NCBI GenBank assembly: GCA_003151625.1
Contig: PLYC01000010.1
Location: 133,515 to 197,514 of the forward strand
Reading direction: 5' to 3'
Length of the DNA stretch: 64,000 nt
Source of the DNA: Candidatus Doudnabacteria bacterium
GTDB taxonomy: Bacteria; Patescibacteriota; Doudnabacteria; UBA920
How positions within the stretch are numbered: the stretch's first letter is position 1; each line of letters starts with the position of its first letter. The notes beneath the pieces were generated by a model. The model was not told the DNA's origin, made no database searches, and saw only the letters and a program-made list of their open reading frames with translations. This document shows, piece by piece, positions 45,871 to 55,577 of the stretch. A program made the position numbers and the translations under genes.

Positions 45871-46926
45871 ATGACCAAAAAAATTAAAGGCTACGCGGCG
45901 ATTGGCGCGGATAAACCGCTGGAGTTCTACGAATTCGAACGCCGCGAACTGCGCCCTCATGATATTGAATTCGACATACTCTATTGTGGTGTATGTCATT
46001 CAGACGTTCATCAGGCGCGTAATGAATGGGGTATTTCGGTATATCCGATGGTGCCGGGTCACGAACTGGTCGGACACGTAACGCGTATTGGCAAAGAGGT
46101 ATCAAAATTCAAAGTTGACGACATGGCGGGTGTCGGCTGCATGGTGGATTCATGCCGTAAGTGCGCTGCGTGTCTGGCCGGTCTTGAACAATATTGTGAA
46201 CACGACATGCTGCAAACCTACAATGCCGTTGATCCGATTGACGGCATGAAAATCCAGGGAGGTTATTCACAGACAGAAGTTGTTGATGAAAATTACGCGT
46301 TGCATATTCCGAAATCAATAGATCCCGCCAAGGCCGCGCCGTTGCTTTGCGCCGGCATCACAACGTATTCTCCGCTCCGGCATTGGAAAGTCGGCTCGGG
46401 CCATAAAGTCGGTGTTGTCGGCATCGGCGGTCTTGGTCATATGGCGGTGCAATACGCAAAATCTTTCGGTGCTGAGGTTTATATGATTACGACGACTTCC
46501 GGAAAAGCTTCCGATGCCGCAGAGCTTGGCGCGGACGGCGCCATTATTGCAACTGATATGGCTGCCATGGAAGCGCAGGCAAAGAGCTTTGATTTTCTTT
46601 TAAGCACCATTCCGCAAAGCCATGACTTGCAGCTTTATCTTAATCTCTTGAAGCAAGGCGGTACTCTGATCATTGTCGGTGCGCTGACGCAGATAGAGCC
46701 GGGAATCAACGGTATGAATATGGCAGCCAGGCGCTTGAGCATCGGTACTTCGCTCATTGGAGGTATTAAAGAAACTCAGGAAATGCTTGATTACAGTGCA
46801 AAAAATAATATTGCTCCCGCAATCGAACTTATCAAAATAGAAGATATTAATAAAGCCTTTGATCGTATGGTAAATAAAGATGTGCGCTACCGTTTTGTTA
46901 TCGACCTCAAGGCTTCGTTTAAATAA
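45871..46926 (+). CDS. yahK: NADPH-dependent zinc alcohol/aldehyde reductase (YahK / CAD family); elevated GC and proteobacterial-like codon usage
   Basis: Strong colinearity with E. coli YahK: YCGVCHSD, VPGHE, GGYSQ, PLLCAGITTYSPL, VGVVGIGGLGHM, IGGIPETQEMLDF, VRYRFVID. Confidence 0.9.
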   Translation: MTKKIKGYAAIGADKPLEFYEFERRELRPHDIEFDILYCGVCHSDVHQARNEWGISVYPMVPGHELVGHVTRIGKEVSKFKVDDMAGVGCMVDSCRKCAACLAGLEQYCEHDMLQTYNAVDPIDGMKIQGGYSQTEVVDENYALHIPKSIDPAKAAPLLCAGITTYSPLRHWKVGSGHKVGVVGIGGLGHMAVQYAKSFGAEVYMITTTSGKASDAAELGADGAIIATDMAAMEAQAKSFDFLLSTIPQSHDLQLYLNLLKQGGTLIIVGALTQIEPGINGMNMAARRLSIGTSLIGGIKETQEMLDYSAKNNIAPAIELIKIEDINKAFDRMVNKDVRYRFVIDLKASFK

Positions 46927-47061
46927 TATGAAATTGACCAGTCCGCGACTTTTATATTTGCCGTTGTTTGCGCACTACTTTCGCTGATAATATTTGCCGG
47001 CATTAAAACCAATAGCCCAAAGTCCTATTAGGACACGGGTGCTATAATTTAATAAGAAAAC

Positions 47062-47490
47062 TTGCTAATAATTAAACTTAATTTTATGAAAGGATTTAAC
47101 ACCAATATCGAAAAAGCGACTTTAGAAAATAATAATTTTCGTAAAGTCTTGTATACGGCTAAACATAGCCAATTAGTACTAATGAGCCTTTTACCAAACG
47201 AGGAGATTGGTATGGAGGTACACAAGGATAATGACCAATTCTTCCGTTTTGAACAGGGCCAAGGCAAGTGCATTATTGACGGCAATGAATATCAAGTTAC
47301 GGATGGCTCGGCCATAATAGTTCCGGCCGGAGCGGAGCATAATGTAATTAATACCTCCGAAACCGAGGAGCTAAAGCTCTACACCATTTATTCCCCGGCT
47401 CACCATAGAGACGGAGTGGTGCGGATGACTAAAGAACAGGCCGAAGCAAAAGAAAATGAAGAAGAGTTTGATGGGGTGACGACGGAATAA
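47062..47490 (+). CDS. Cupin-domain protein (paralog of 55173-55577)
   Basis: About 80% amino-acid identity with the minus-strand copy 8 kb away. Cupin motifs G(X)5HxH...G and PAGxxH. Confidence 0.7.
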   Translation: MLIIKLNFMKGFNTNIEKATLENNNFRKVLYTAKHSQLVLMSLLPNEEIGMEVHKDNDQFFRFEQGQGKCIIDGNEYQVTDGSAIIVPAGAEHNVINTSETEELKLYTIYSPAHHRDGVVRMTKEQAEAKENEEEFDGVTTE

Positions 47491-47605
47491 GCGATTTATA
47501 GTCCTATTTTGCCTTAATCAAACAATGAGCCCCGTGAATCTCCCCGAAGATACCGTGAGTCCGGTATGGGGGCTCAAATAAGAGCAATTTTGTTATCCTT
47601 TAATT

Positions 47606-48739
47606 ATGGTAAAAATCGCAAAAGAAAAGGAAATAATAAGCCAACTGCTGGCCTTTGGCAATATCACCCCCAATGGCAATAAGCCGTGGGATATTACCAT
47701 TCATAATGAAGCATTTTACGGCAGGGTTTTAAGCCGGGGCAGTTTGGGCTTGGGTGAATCTTACATGGAAGGCTGGTGGGATTGCCGGGAGCTGGACCAA
47801 TTTTTTTATCAGCTTATGCACGGAAGCCTAAACCATAAGTTAAAGCTTAACTTAACCATGGTGGCTCATTATTTAAAAAACCGAATCCTAAATTTGGAAA
47901 AGAAAAGCCGCGCTTTTAACCTTAAGCACTATGACATAGGCAATAACCTTTATGTCAAAATGTTGGATAAACGAATGACCTATACCTGCGGCTGTTGGGA
48001 GAATGCGGAAAATTTGGATCAAGCCCAGGAAGCAAAATTGGAACTGGTTTGCCGTAAAATCGGATTAAAACCCGGAATGAAAATTTTGGACATTGGTTGT
48101 GGTTGGGGTAGTTTTATGAAATATGCCGCGGAAAGGTACGGGGTTACCTGCGTAGGCATTACCATTTCTCAATCGCAAATTGATTTAGGCAAGCAAATGT
48201 GCCAAGGTCTCCCTATTGAATTTAGGTTACAAGATTATAGGGATACGCAAGGGCAATACGACGCTGTGGTTTCTTTGGGTATGTTTGAGCATGTAGGTTT
48301 TAAAAATTACCGGACATATATGAAGCTGGTGCATAAATGTTTAAAGGATGACGGACTATTTTTGCTCCAGACTATTGGCAGTAACAGCTCAAACCCGGCT
48401 CATACCTCCGATCCGTGGATTAAAAAGTATGTTTTTACTACCGGCGCACTGCCTTCCGCTAAGCAAATTTCCGGCTCCGTGGAAAATTTGTTCATTATGG
48501 AAGACTGGCATAATTTCGGCGCGGATTATGATAAAACTTTAATGGCTTGGTGCCGTAATTTTGAAACTCACTGGCCGGAGTTTGAAAAAGATTATGGGGC
48601 TGTTTTTTATAGGATGTGGAGGTATTACCTGCTGTCCTGCGCCGGATCATTCCGCAACCGGTCTATCCAATTGGGGCAGGTCGTGTTTTCCAAAACAGGG
48701 GTGCCTGGAGGGTATAAATTGGTCAGGTCTTTAAACTAA
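47606..48739 (+). CDS. cfa: Cyclopropane-fatty-acyl-phospholipid synthase
   Basis: ILDIGCGWGSF SAM motif and a full Cfa-family alignment (YEHVG, FYRMWRYYL). Confidence 0.9.
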   Translation: MVKIAKEKEIISQLLAFGNITPNGNKPWDITIHNEAFYGRVLSRGSLGLGESYMEGWWDCRELDQFFYQLMHGSLNHKLKLNLTMVAHYLKNRILNLEKKSRAFNLKHYDIGNNLYVKMLDKRMTYTCGCWENAENLDQAQEAKLELVCRKIGLKPGMKILDIGCGWGSFMKYAAERYGVTCVGITISQSQIDLGKQMCQGLPIEFRLQDYRDTQGQYDAVVSLGMFEHVGFKNYRTYMKLVHKCLKDDGLFLLQTIGSNSSNPAHTSDPWIKKYVFTTGALPSAKQISGSVENLFIMEDWHNFGADYDKTLMAWCRNFETHWPEFEKDYGAVFYRMWRYYLLSCAGSFRNRSIQLGQVVFSKTGVPGGYKLVRSLN

Positions 48740-48768
48740 AATTATTAATAATTAATTTAGATAAAAAT

Positions 48769-49050
48769 ATGCTTTCAAAAACGCCAATGGATTTTAAGAA
48801 TATAAATATAAAAGATGCCGATAAAGAGATTTTGCGACTGGGGATAATCTCCGAGTTGGATGCAATCAACCTGTATGAACAGTTGTCCGCAACAACAAAA
48901 AACAAAAATCTAAAGGTAATACTTTTGGATATAGCGAAAGAGGAAAAAACCCACATGGGAGAATTTCAGGCGCTGCTGTTAAAACTGGATAAGGAACAAG
49001 TTGAAGAACTGGAAGCGGGCAAAAAAGAGGTTGAAGAAAAAACGGAATAA
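48769..49050 (+). CDS. Small ferritin/rubrerythrin-like domain protein (tentative)
   Basis: DAINLYEQLS...AKEEKTHMGEFQ resembles an ExxH diiron helix pair. Confidence 0.35.
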   Translation: MLSKTPMDFKNINIKDADKEILRLGIISELDAINLYEQLSATTKNKNLKVILLDIAKEEKTHMGEFQALLLKLDKEQVEELEAGKKEVEEKTE

Positions 49051-49070
49051 GGTTTTGAATTAAATCATTT

Positions 49071-49743
49071 ATGCTTCCTCGAGCTATGGTCAAAGAGTTG
49101 GCCGATTTGCCAATAGAAAATTTGGACGAATTTAATTCGTCGGTGCAGTATTTTAAAAAAACAAATAAATTGTTTTTTAATTACTGGTTAATTTATTTCA
49201 ATTTATGCCCATTCCTTAATAAGGAAACCATCAACAAAATTGTTGATTTTGGAACGGGAATCGGCGACTTGCCAGTTTATTTAGCGGAAAAGTTGGAGCA
49301 AAAGAAAATAAATTATTTTATAACTGGCATAGATACTAATGTCCAAGTCATTTCATTGGCAAAAAATGAAGTGAAAAATTACCGAAATATAAAAGTTGTT
49401 TGTTGTAATCTAAATGATTTGGTTGAACGGTTTGATATCGCATTGCCTCGCAGGTTTTTCATCATTTATCGCCAGAAGAAGCCGTTGATTTTTTAAAAAC
49501 AGCTTATACAAAAGTTAACAATGTTTTAATTATTTCGGATTTAATTAGAAGCAAGTTAGTTTATTGGCTGGTCAAAGGGTTTGTTTTCTTGACAACCACA
49601 AATAAAATCAACAGATATGACGGTGCTATTTCGGTTTTACGGTGCTACAATGATGGTGAAATTAAGCAGTTACTACACCAAGCAGACATAAAAAATTTTA
49701 AAATCCGTAATATATTTTTTAGAAAATTCATCATCATCCCAAA
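49071..49743 (+). pseudogene. Class I SAM-dependent methyltransferase interrupted by a frameshift near 49440-49460
   Basis: The N-terminal part (motif I VDFGTGIGD) ends at 49496. The continuation VFHHLSPEEAVDFLKTAYTKV...IIIPKQ runs in another frame to 49743. The shift lies at a T5 run. Confidence 0.5.
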
Positions 49744-49777
49744 ACAATAGTGGACGGCAGGGTGGGCACCCGTGCCA

Positions 49778-49893
49778 CACAGCCACCTACTTTTGTTATC
49801 GTACAGACCGAGAGGCGTTGTAGATAAGACATAAATTCGAGTTCTAATCCGAGAGGGATCATAAGGATCCTGCTAGGGTTCGAACCAAAATCA
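49778..49893 (+). repeat. R2 tRNA-fragment-like repeat, second full copy
   Basis: See 39679-39794. Confidence 0.55.
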
Positions 49894-50246
49894 GACGATT
49901 AAAAAGTTGATTCCCGTCCCCGGTAGTTAATAAAATATTGTTTTTTATAGATAAAAAGTTGCAGACGTTTCGTCTGTAATTTTTTTTGGCTATGTTCTTT
50001 AAATGTCCTGCCAATTCGTAACAGGTGGAAAACTTATCTGGCTTTGGTTAAAGAAATTTTTGAATGCTTTAGCGATGGCTACTGTTCTATGCGCTTTGTA
50101 CTGAAAAACTTGCATGAAGAAAAGAACAATAAAAAACCCCAGGGTTGCGCCCCGAATTTTTGTTTTGCATAAATGCCTAATCTTTTGAAGAATTACCCCA
50201 AACCCTTACATCCTGCATATGGAAAAAATGCGTATTAAAACATTAC

Positions 50247-50412
50247 AGCCAGAGCTAAGCCTTAAGAAATGTTTAACGCCGTAGTTAAGCTTTTAAATAG
50301 TTATTTAATTAAAATATCGAACATAAAAGAGCTAAAAACTTCATAATTAAGTGCATAACCCCCCCAGCTATATACTATATTCACAATAAGGAACATACTT
50401 AGGGCTATAGTA
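50247..50412 (+). repeat. Conserved upstream element R3 (GCTAAGCCTTAAGAAAT...AAGTGCATAAC...GCTATATACT...ACTTAGGGCT). Other copies at 55833-55990 and a partial copy at 45085-45150
   Basis: Three copies. Each lies 10-40 nt upstream of a plus-strand start codon (isochorismatase, ArsR, and the 68-aa ORF). Confidence 0.5.
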
Positions 50413-50425
50413 ATAAAATAAAAAT

Positions 50426-50734
50426 ATGCTCACTGATAAACAAATAACAAACATCCGCGAAGCGTTTAACGGTACCGACCAAAGAGTAATTCTTAAGGCT
50501 CTCGGCGACACCAACCGTTATCGCATTTTTGAAATGCTGGGCAAGCTGCCAAGATTGGCCGTCAGCGATATTGCCAAAGTCCTAAAAATCTCCGTACTTT
50601 TGGCATCGCAGCATCTTAAAATTTTAGAGCAAGGCAAAATGCTAGAAAAAGAAGAACAAGGCCAAAAAATTTATTATAAACTCAAGGCCGATAGGATTGT
50701 CCAATCTTTTATTCCAGTACTCAAAATTAAATAA
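50426..50734 (+). CDS. ArsR/SmtB-family transcriptional regulator
   Basis: LGDTNRYRIFEML and ASQHLKIL HTH motifs. Confidence 0.8.
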   Translation: MLTDKQITNIREAFNGTDQRVILKALGDTNRYRIFEMLGKLPRLAVSDIAKVLKISVLLASQHLKILEQGKMLEKEEQGQKIYYKLKADRIVQSFIPVLKIK

Positions 50735-50742
50735 TTCTTTTT

Positions 50743-51060
50743 ATGCTTTCAAGCCAAGAAATAAAAAAAGTGCAGAGCTATCTCGAAGATGGGGATGTGG
50801 ATACGGCATTGACCAAGATTTTTAAAAGCCTGAGCGACATAAATCGCTGCAAAATTTTTAGAATGCTCGCGGTCCAGCCCCAGCTCTCTGTTAGCAGTGT
50901 GGCCAAGGTACTTAATATTTCCACGCCTTTGGCATCGCAGCATCTTAAAATTCTTATGCAAAACGGACTATTGACCAAAGAAAAGGTGGGGATAAGGGTC
51001 TACTATAAATTAAAAGACAAAAATCCAATTATAGCCACCATTCTTAAAGTAATTAAATAA
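50743..51060 (+). CDS. ArsR/SmtB-family transcriptional regulator (tandem paralog)
   Basis: LSDINRCKIFRML and ASQHLKIL. Confidence 0.8.
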   Translation: MLSSQEIKKVQSYLEDGDVDTALTKIFKSLSDINRCKIFRMLAVQPQLSVSSVAKVLNISTPLASQHLKILMQNGLLTKEKVGIRVYYKLKDKNPIIATILKVIK

Positions 51061-51087
51061 TTTTTTTATAACTGAAACTCCACCGGT

Positions 51088-51483
51088 ATGAAAACACAAA
51101 AAATAATATTGGTGGTTGAAGATGAAAAAAGTCTGCGTGAAGCCATTGTGGATATTCTTCGCCGCAAAAACTACAACCCTCTTGAAGCAAAAAACGGCAG
51201 AGAAGGCGTAGAGATAGCGCTCTCTAAACATCCCGACCTTATTTTGCTTGACCTTATTATGCCGGAGATGGACGGCATGACTGCTCTTAAAAAGATTCGG
51301 CAAGACGTTTGGGGGGCAAAAGTTCCCATTATTATTCTGACGAATTTAAGCATGAACAACAAACAGCTGGCGGACGATATGGCAAAGCATAAGCCAATAT
51401 TTTATTTAATAAAATCAGACTGGAAGATCCATGATGTCGTAGATAAGGTTGCAAAGATATTAGAAGAAACAAATTCTTTATGA
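51088..51483 (+). CDS. Stand-alone response-regulator receiver domain
   Basis: VVEDE...LILLDLIMPEMDG...TNLS matches the CheY-like phosphoacceptor fold. Confidence 0.85.
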   Translation: MKTQKIILVVEDEKSLREAIVDILRRKNYNPLEAKNGREGVEIALSKHPDLILLDLIMPEMDGMTALKKIRQDVWGAKVPIIILTNLSMNNKQLADDMAKHKPIFYLIKSDWKIHDVVDKVAKILEETNSL

Positions 51484-51770
51484 ATAAAAAAAATGTTAAA
51501 TCTTCATCCTATAACATAACCTTTAAGCTAAAAGCTTTGGCTAAGGAAAAGGAAGAAGTCAGACACAGGCTGGTAATAACCGCAAAAAACCTCAGCCTCA
51601 AAGCTAAACAACTGGTTAAGATAGCCAAGGAAAAAGAAGACGTTAGGCTCAGGCTGGCGGTAACGGCCAAAAACCTTAGCCTTAAAGCCAAACAACTCGT
51701 GGTAACGGCCAAGGAAAAGGAAGAAGTCAGACGCAGGTTGGTAGTAACGGCAAAGAACCTCAGCCTTTAA
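51480..51770 (+). CDS. N-terminal coiled-coil tandem-repeat segment of the histidine kinase, cut off by a 1-nt indel
   Basis: 27-aa repeats KAKQLV(K/V)IAKEKEDVRLRLAVTAKNLSL x3.5. Removing one T at about 51766 fuses this frame to the kinase ORF. Confidence 0.5.
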   Translation: MNKKNVKSSSYNITFKLKALAKEKEEVRHRLVITAKNLSLKAKQLVKIAKEKEDVRLRLAVTAKNLSLKAKQLVVTAKEKEEVRRRLVVTAKNLSL

Positions 51771-51786
51771 AGCTAAGCAGCTACTT

Positions 51787-53118
51787 GTGATAGCCAAGGA
51801 AAAAGAAGACGTTAGGCTCAAGCTGGCGGTAACGGCAAATGAATTGAAAAAGTCGCGCGAAACGCTCGAGAAAAAAGTTCTTGAACGGACCAAAAACCTT
51901 GAGCGGATTACAGCCAGAAACGAAGCCATGCTTGCGAGTGTTGGCGATGGTTTGGTGGTGGTGGATAAAGAAGGTAAAATAACTTATATTAACAAATCTT
52001 TTGAGGAGACGCTTGGTTTGAAAGTGCAGGAAGTAATCGGCAGGAGCATGGTTAAAGTGGTGCCCAGGGAAGACCAGAGCGGGACAGAGGTGCAATTTAA
52101 AGAAAGAATTTTAACTCAAGTCTTGCTGGGAAAAAAGTTTGTAGCCGATTTAACCAACCCTTTTTATTATATCCGTAAAGATAAAAGCAGATTCCCTGTC
52201 AGTAGTATTATAACGCCTGTCGTTCTGGACGGAAAAATTATTGGGGCGGTAGAAACGTTTAGAGATATTACCAAAGAAAAAGATATTGACAAAGCCAAAT
52301 CGGAATTCGTCTCGCTGGCTTCGCACCAGCTCCGTACCCCGCTTTCTACCATTAATTGGTATACGGAGATGCTTCTGGCGGAAGACGTCGGCAAAATCAT
52401 GCCTGAACAGAAAAAATATCTGGACGAGGTCTACCGCGGTACTCAAAGAATGACTGAGCTGGTCAACGCTCTTTTGAATATTTCCAGCATTGAATTAGGG
52501 ACATTTGTTGTTGACCCGGAACCAACAGACATAATCAAACTCGCGCAAGGCGAAATTGAGGAACAAAAACTGCAAATTGACGCCAAGCGTATAAAATTTT
52601 CTTCCTCATTCAAAAAGGATATTCCCGTGATTCTCGCCGATCCGAAACTCCTGCATATGGTCATGCAAAATCTTTTGACTAACGTCGTGAAATATACTCC
52701 CGAAGGGGGCAAGGTTACGCTTGAGATTGTCTTATCAGATGACCAAGGACGAACGACTCTCCCGAGTAAAATTAAAAGGTCACATGTCCTGATTAAAGTT
52801 TCCGATACGGGTTATGGCATTCCAAAGAACCAACAGGACAAAATTTTTACCAAGCTGTTCCGTGCCGATAACGTGCGGGACAAAGATACCGAAGGAACAG
52901 GCCTCGGGCTTTACATTGTAAAATCAATTATTGAACATTCCGGCGGCAAGATTTGGTTTGAGTCTCCGGGAGATGCACCTGTGGGAGGGAAGGATTTAGC
53001 CTTGGAGGGCAACCCCGGCACCACTTTTTATGCAACGCTTCCTTTGAATTCGGTGAAAAAGTCCGTCGAACGTGGATCTGTCTCTGATAAAAAAGAAGCC
53101 GCCAAGACAAATGATTAA
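51787..53118 (+). CDS. Sensor histidine kinase (PAS + HisKA + HATPase_c), cytoplasmic
   Basis: H-box FVSLASHQLRTPLSTI, N-box LLTNVVKYTPEGG and G-boxes DTGYGIP and GTGLGLYIVK. Confidence 0.85.
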   Translation: MIAKEKEDVRLKLAVTANELKKSRETLEKKVLERTKNLERITARNEAMLASVGDGLVVVDKEGKITYINKSFEETLGLKVQEVIGRSMVKVVPREDQSGTEVQFKERILTQVLLGKKFVADLTNPFYYIRKDKSRFPVSSIITPVVLDGKIIGAVETFRDITKEKDIDKAKSEFVSLASHQLRTPLSTINWYTEMLLAEDVGKIMPEQKKYLDEVYRGTQRMTELVNALLNISSIELGTFVVDPEPTDIIKLAQGEIEEQKLQIDAKRIKFSSSFKKDIPVILADPKLLHMVMQNLLTNVVKYTPEGGKVTLEIVLSDDQGRTTLPSKIKRSHVLIKVSDTGYGIPKNQQDKIFTKLFRADNVRDKDTEGTGLGLYIVKSIIEHSGGKIWFESPGDAPVGGKDLALEGNPGTTFYATLPLNSVKKSVERGSVSDKKEAAKTND

Positions 53119-53151
53119 TAAACGCTCCAAAGGTGTAGTATACTAAAACAT

Positions 53152-53553
53152 ATGATAAACGAATCTACAAAAGATAAAATGCAAATATTAGTCATTGAAG
53201 ACGAGCTTCCTCTAATGGAAGCAATAAAGGCAAAACTTGAAAAAAATGGCTTTGAGGTTATTACTGCACGTAGTATCACATTCAGCTCTCTTCTGGATTT
53301 GGGGCAGGTTGACGCAATCTGGCTGGATCACTATCTCTTGGGAAAAGAAAATGGCCTTGATTTTGTAAAAAAATTAAAAGCTAAAGGCAGCCGATTGAAT
53401 AAGACTCCTATCTTTGTTGTCTCCAATACGGCATCTCCTGCTGAAATAAAATCATACAAACGGTTGGGAATAACTAAATACTACGTTAAAGCCGAACATC
53501 GAATTGCCGCGATTGTCGACGAAATAAAATTGTTTCTGGATCGTAGTAAATAA
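53152..53553 (+). CDS. Stand-alone receiver-domain protein
   Basis: ILVIEDE...AIWLDHYL...VVSNT matches the receiver fold. Confidence 0.75.
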   Translation: MINESTKDKMQILVIEDELPLMEAIKAKLEKNGFEVITARSITFSSLLDLGQVDAIWLDHYLLGKENGLDFVKKLKAKGSRLNKTPIFVVSNTASPAEIKSYKRLGITKYYVKAEHRIAAIVDEIKLFLDRSK

Positions 53554-53942
53554 ATAACCGGACACGACCATTTATTTTAACATCTAGATCATTAACCAAA
53601 AATTATGCAAAAACCTCCACTCAAACTTTATGTAATTGCGGTAATCATCCTTTGGACGCTTAACTAAATCAATAAATAAAAAAACTGCGGACATTTGCTC
53701 ATAGTTTTTTTATTTTTATTTTTGGCTATCATATTTTTGCAGGCTTATCACTTTGTGGGGCTATTTACCCATTTAGGATTAGAACCACAATAAAAGAAGC
53801 CGCTCCGCATAATTAAGATAAAGTTGTGGTGGGGTCAAGTCTGAATATTCAACAAATTATTTCAACATAAACCAAAATGTCAAAAATTCAGACTTGACCC
53901 TCTGTTTTGTTTTTTGTTCGAACATCGTCCCACAAGTCCAGC

Positions 53943-53980
53943 CAGAAAATACTCAAGCAAAAGCTTGAGTATTTTGTTTT
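53943..53980. terminator. Perfect 13-bp hairpin AAAATACTCAAGC-AAAA-GCTTGAGTATTTT flanked by A and T runs
   Basis: Seen directly. Confidence 0.6.
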
Positions 53981-54001
53981 AAAGTATGTTAAAATTTATG
54001 T

Positions 54002-54679
54002 ATGATTGAATTAAACAAAAAAGCCTTTGGGGGATTATTTTTCTTGATTGTTGCCTTGGCGCTGCTCATATTCCTTCCGGCGTGGACGGTTTATTACTGG
54101 CAGGCTTGGATTTTTTTGGCTGTGTTTTCGGTAACGGTGCTGGCAATTACTTTTTATTTAATGAAAAAAGACCCCAAACTGTTGGAGCGCAGGGTAAATG
54201 CGGGGGCGGCGGCAGAGAAGGAAAAGAGCCAAAAAGTAATTCAGTTTGTGGCTCAATTAGCTTTTATAACCGTTATTGTTTTCCCGCCCGTAGATCACCG
54301 CTTTAACTGGTCGCTTGTGTCCCCTTTTGTATCTGTTATTGGAGACGTTATGGTCTTTTTGGGACTCCTGTTTGTATTTTTTGTTTTTAAGGAAAATTCC
54401 TTTACCTCGGCTATTATTGAAGTCGCCAAAGAACAAAAAATTATCACCACCGGCCCATACGCGTTGGTGCGGCACCCCATGTATTTGGGGGCTTTAGTAA
54501 TGCTGTTTGGAGTACCTTTGGCGCTTGGTTCATACTGGGGATTACTGGCTGTCATCCCTATCGATCTAGTGATTGTCTGGAGGCTGCTTGATGAGGAAAA
54601 ATTTTTAGCAAAGAACCTGCCGGGATATTTGGAGTATAAAAATAAAGTGAGATGCCGCTTAATACCTTTCATCTGGTAA
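54002..54679 (+). CDS. Isoprenylcysteine carboxyl methyltransferase (ICMT/PEMT)-family membrane methyltransferase
   Basis: Multi-TM protein with the C-terminal motif ITTGPYALVRHPMYLG...EE. Confidence 0.8.
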   Translation: MIELNKKAFGGLFFLIVALALLIFLPAWTVYYWQAWIFLAVFSVTVLAITFYLMKKDPKLLERRVNAGAAAEKEKSQKVIQFVAQLAFITVIVFPPVDHRFNWSLVSPFVSVIGDVMVFLGLLFVFFVFKENSFTSAIIEVAKEQKIITTGPYALVRHPMYLGALVMLFGVPLALGSYWGLLAVIPIDLVIVWRLLDEEKFLAKNLPGYLEYKNKVRCRLIPFIW

Positions 54680-54682
54680 CTT

Positions 54683-54922
54683 TTACTCTACGCCGGTATT
54701 AGCATCTTTCTCGGTGGCGCTGTATATTTCTTCCGCCAGTTGTATGGGATCTGTGGTCCGGTCGTAAGGAAGGTTATTGTCATCGGCTAATCCGCGCAAG
54801 CGCTCCAAGGATTCTGAAGTACCGGCCTGCGCAAGCTCTTGTAACTCTTTGTAATTTATCTGCCCATGGTCACTAAGCCAGTCATTAGCATTACTAATTT
54901 GTTTTTGGTCTGAATTGGGCAT
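54683..54922 (-). CDS. Hypothetical small protein
   Basis: 79 aa ORF. No family recognised. Confidence 0.3.
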   Translation of the reverse strand: MPNSDQKQISNANDWLSDHGQINYKELQELAQAGTSESLERLRGLADDNNLPYDRTTDPIQLAEEIYSATEKDANTGVE

Positions 54923-55172
54923 AATATTTTTTTAAATAAACTACCTAATCCACCTTTGGCTTACGCATTCTTTGGGTGGCTTTTGTCCTGTATTTTCCTT
55001 GTTTCAAATTTTTCAACTGGAGCTGGGCGACATTAATAATATCTTCAAGCCGGTTGCGGTTATCTTCCGGATTTTCTATTATTGTCCTGGCGCTTCTGAC
55101 AATATTTTCCAGCCCCTTAGCCAAATCATTTACCGCTTTGTCGTCCATTGTATACATAAAATTTTTTATTAT

Positions 55173-55577
55173 TTATTCAGTTGTAACACCGTCAAACTCT
55201 TCGTCATTTTCCTTTGCTTCAGCTTGTTGTTTGGTCGTACGTACAATGCTGTCTTTATGATGGGGCGGAGAATAAAGGGTGTACATTTTAAGATCTTCTT
55301 TTTTTGAAGTGTTAATAATATTGTGTTGCGATCCAGCAGGCACAATAACAGCTGACCCGTCAGCAATCGGGTATTCGTTGCCGTCAATAACGCATTTGCC
55401 CTGACCCTGTTCAAAACGGAAAAACTGGTCGTTGTCTTCATGGACCTCCATGCCGATTTCCTCTTGCGGCTTCAAACACATCAATACCAGCTGGCTGCGT
55501 TTAGCTGTATAAAGCACTTTGCGGAAATTATTGTTTCCCAAAGTATTTTTTTCAATGTCCGTTTTAAATCCCTTCAT
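55173..55577 (-). CDS. Cupin-domain protein (inverted paralog of 47062-47490)
   Basis: See the plus-strand copy. Confidence 0.7.
   Translation of the reverse strand: MKGFKTDIEKNTLGNNNFRKVLYTAKRSQLVLMCLKPQEEIGMEVHEDNDQFFRFEQGQGKCVIDGNEYPIADGSAVIVPAGSQHNIINTSKKEDLKMYTLYSPPHHKDSIVRTTKQQAEAKENDEEFDGVTTE

Noticed and set aside
51500-51840. Tandem 81-bp repeats considered as a possible CRISPR array
   Set aside because: Repeats are contiguous with no spacers, are in-frame coding (27-aa coiled-coil units), and continue into a histidine kinase.
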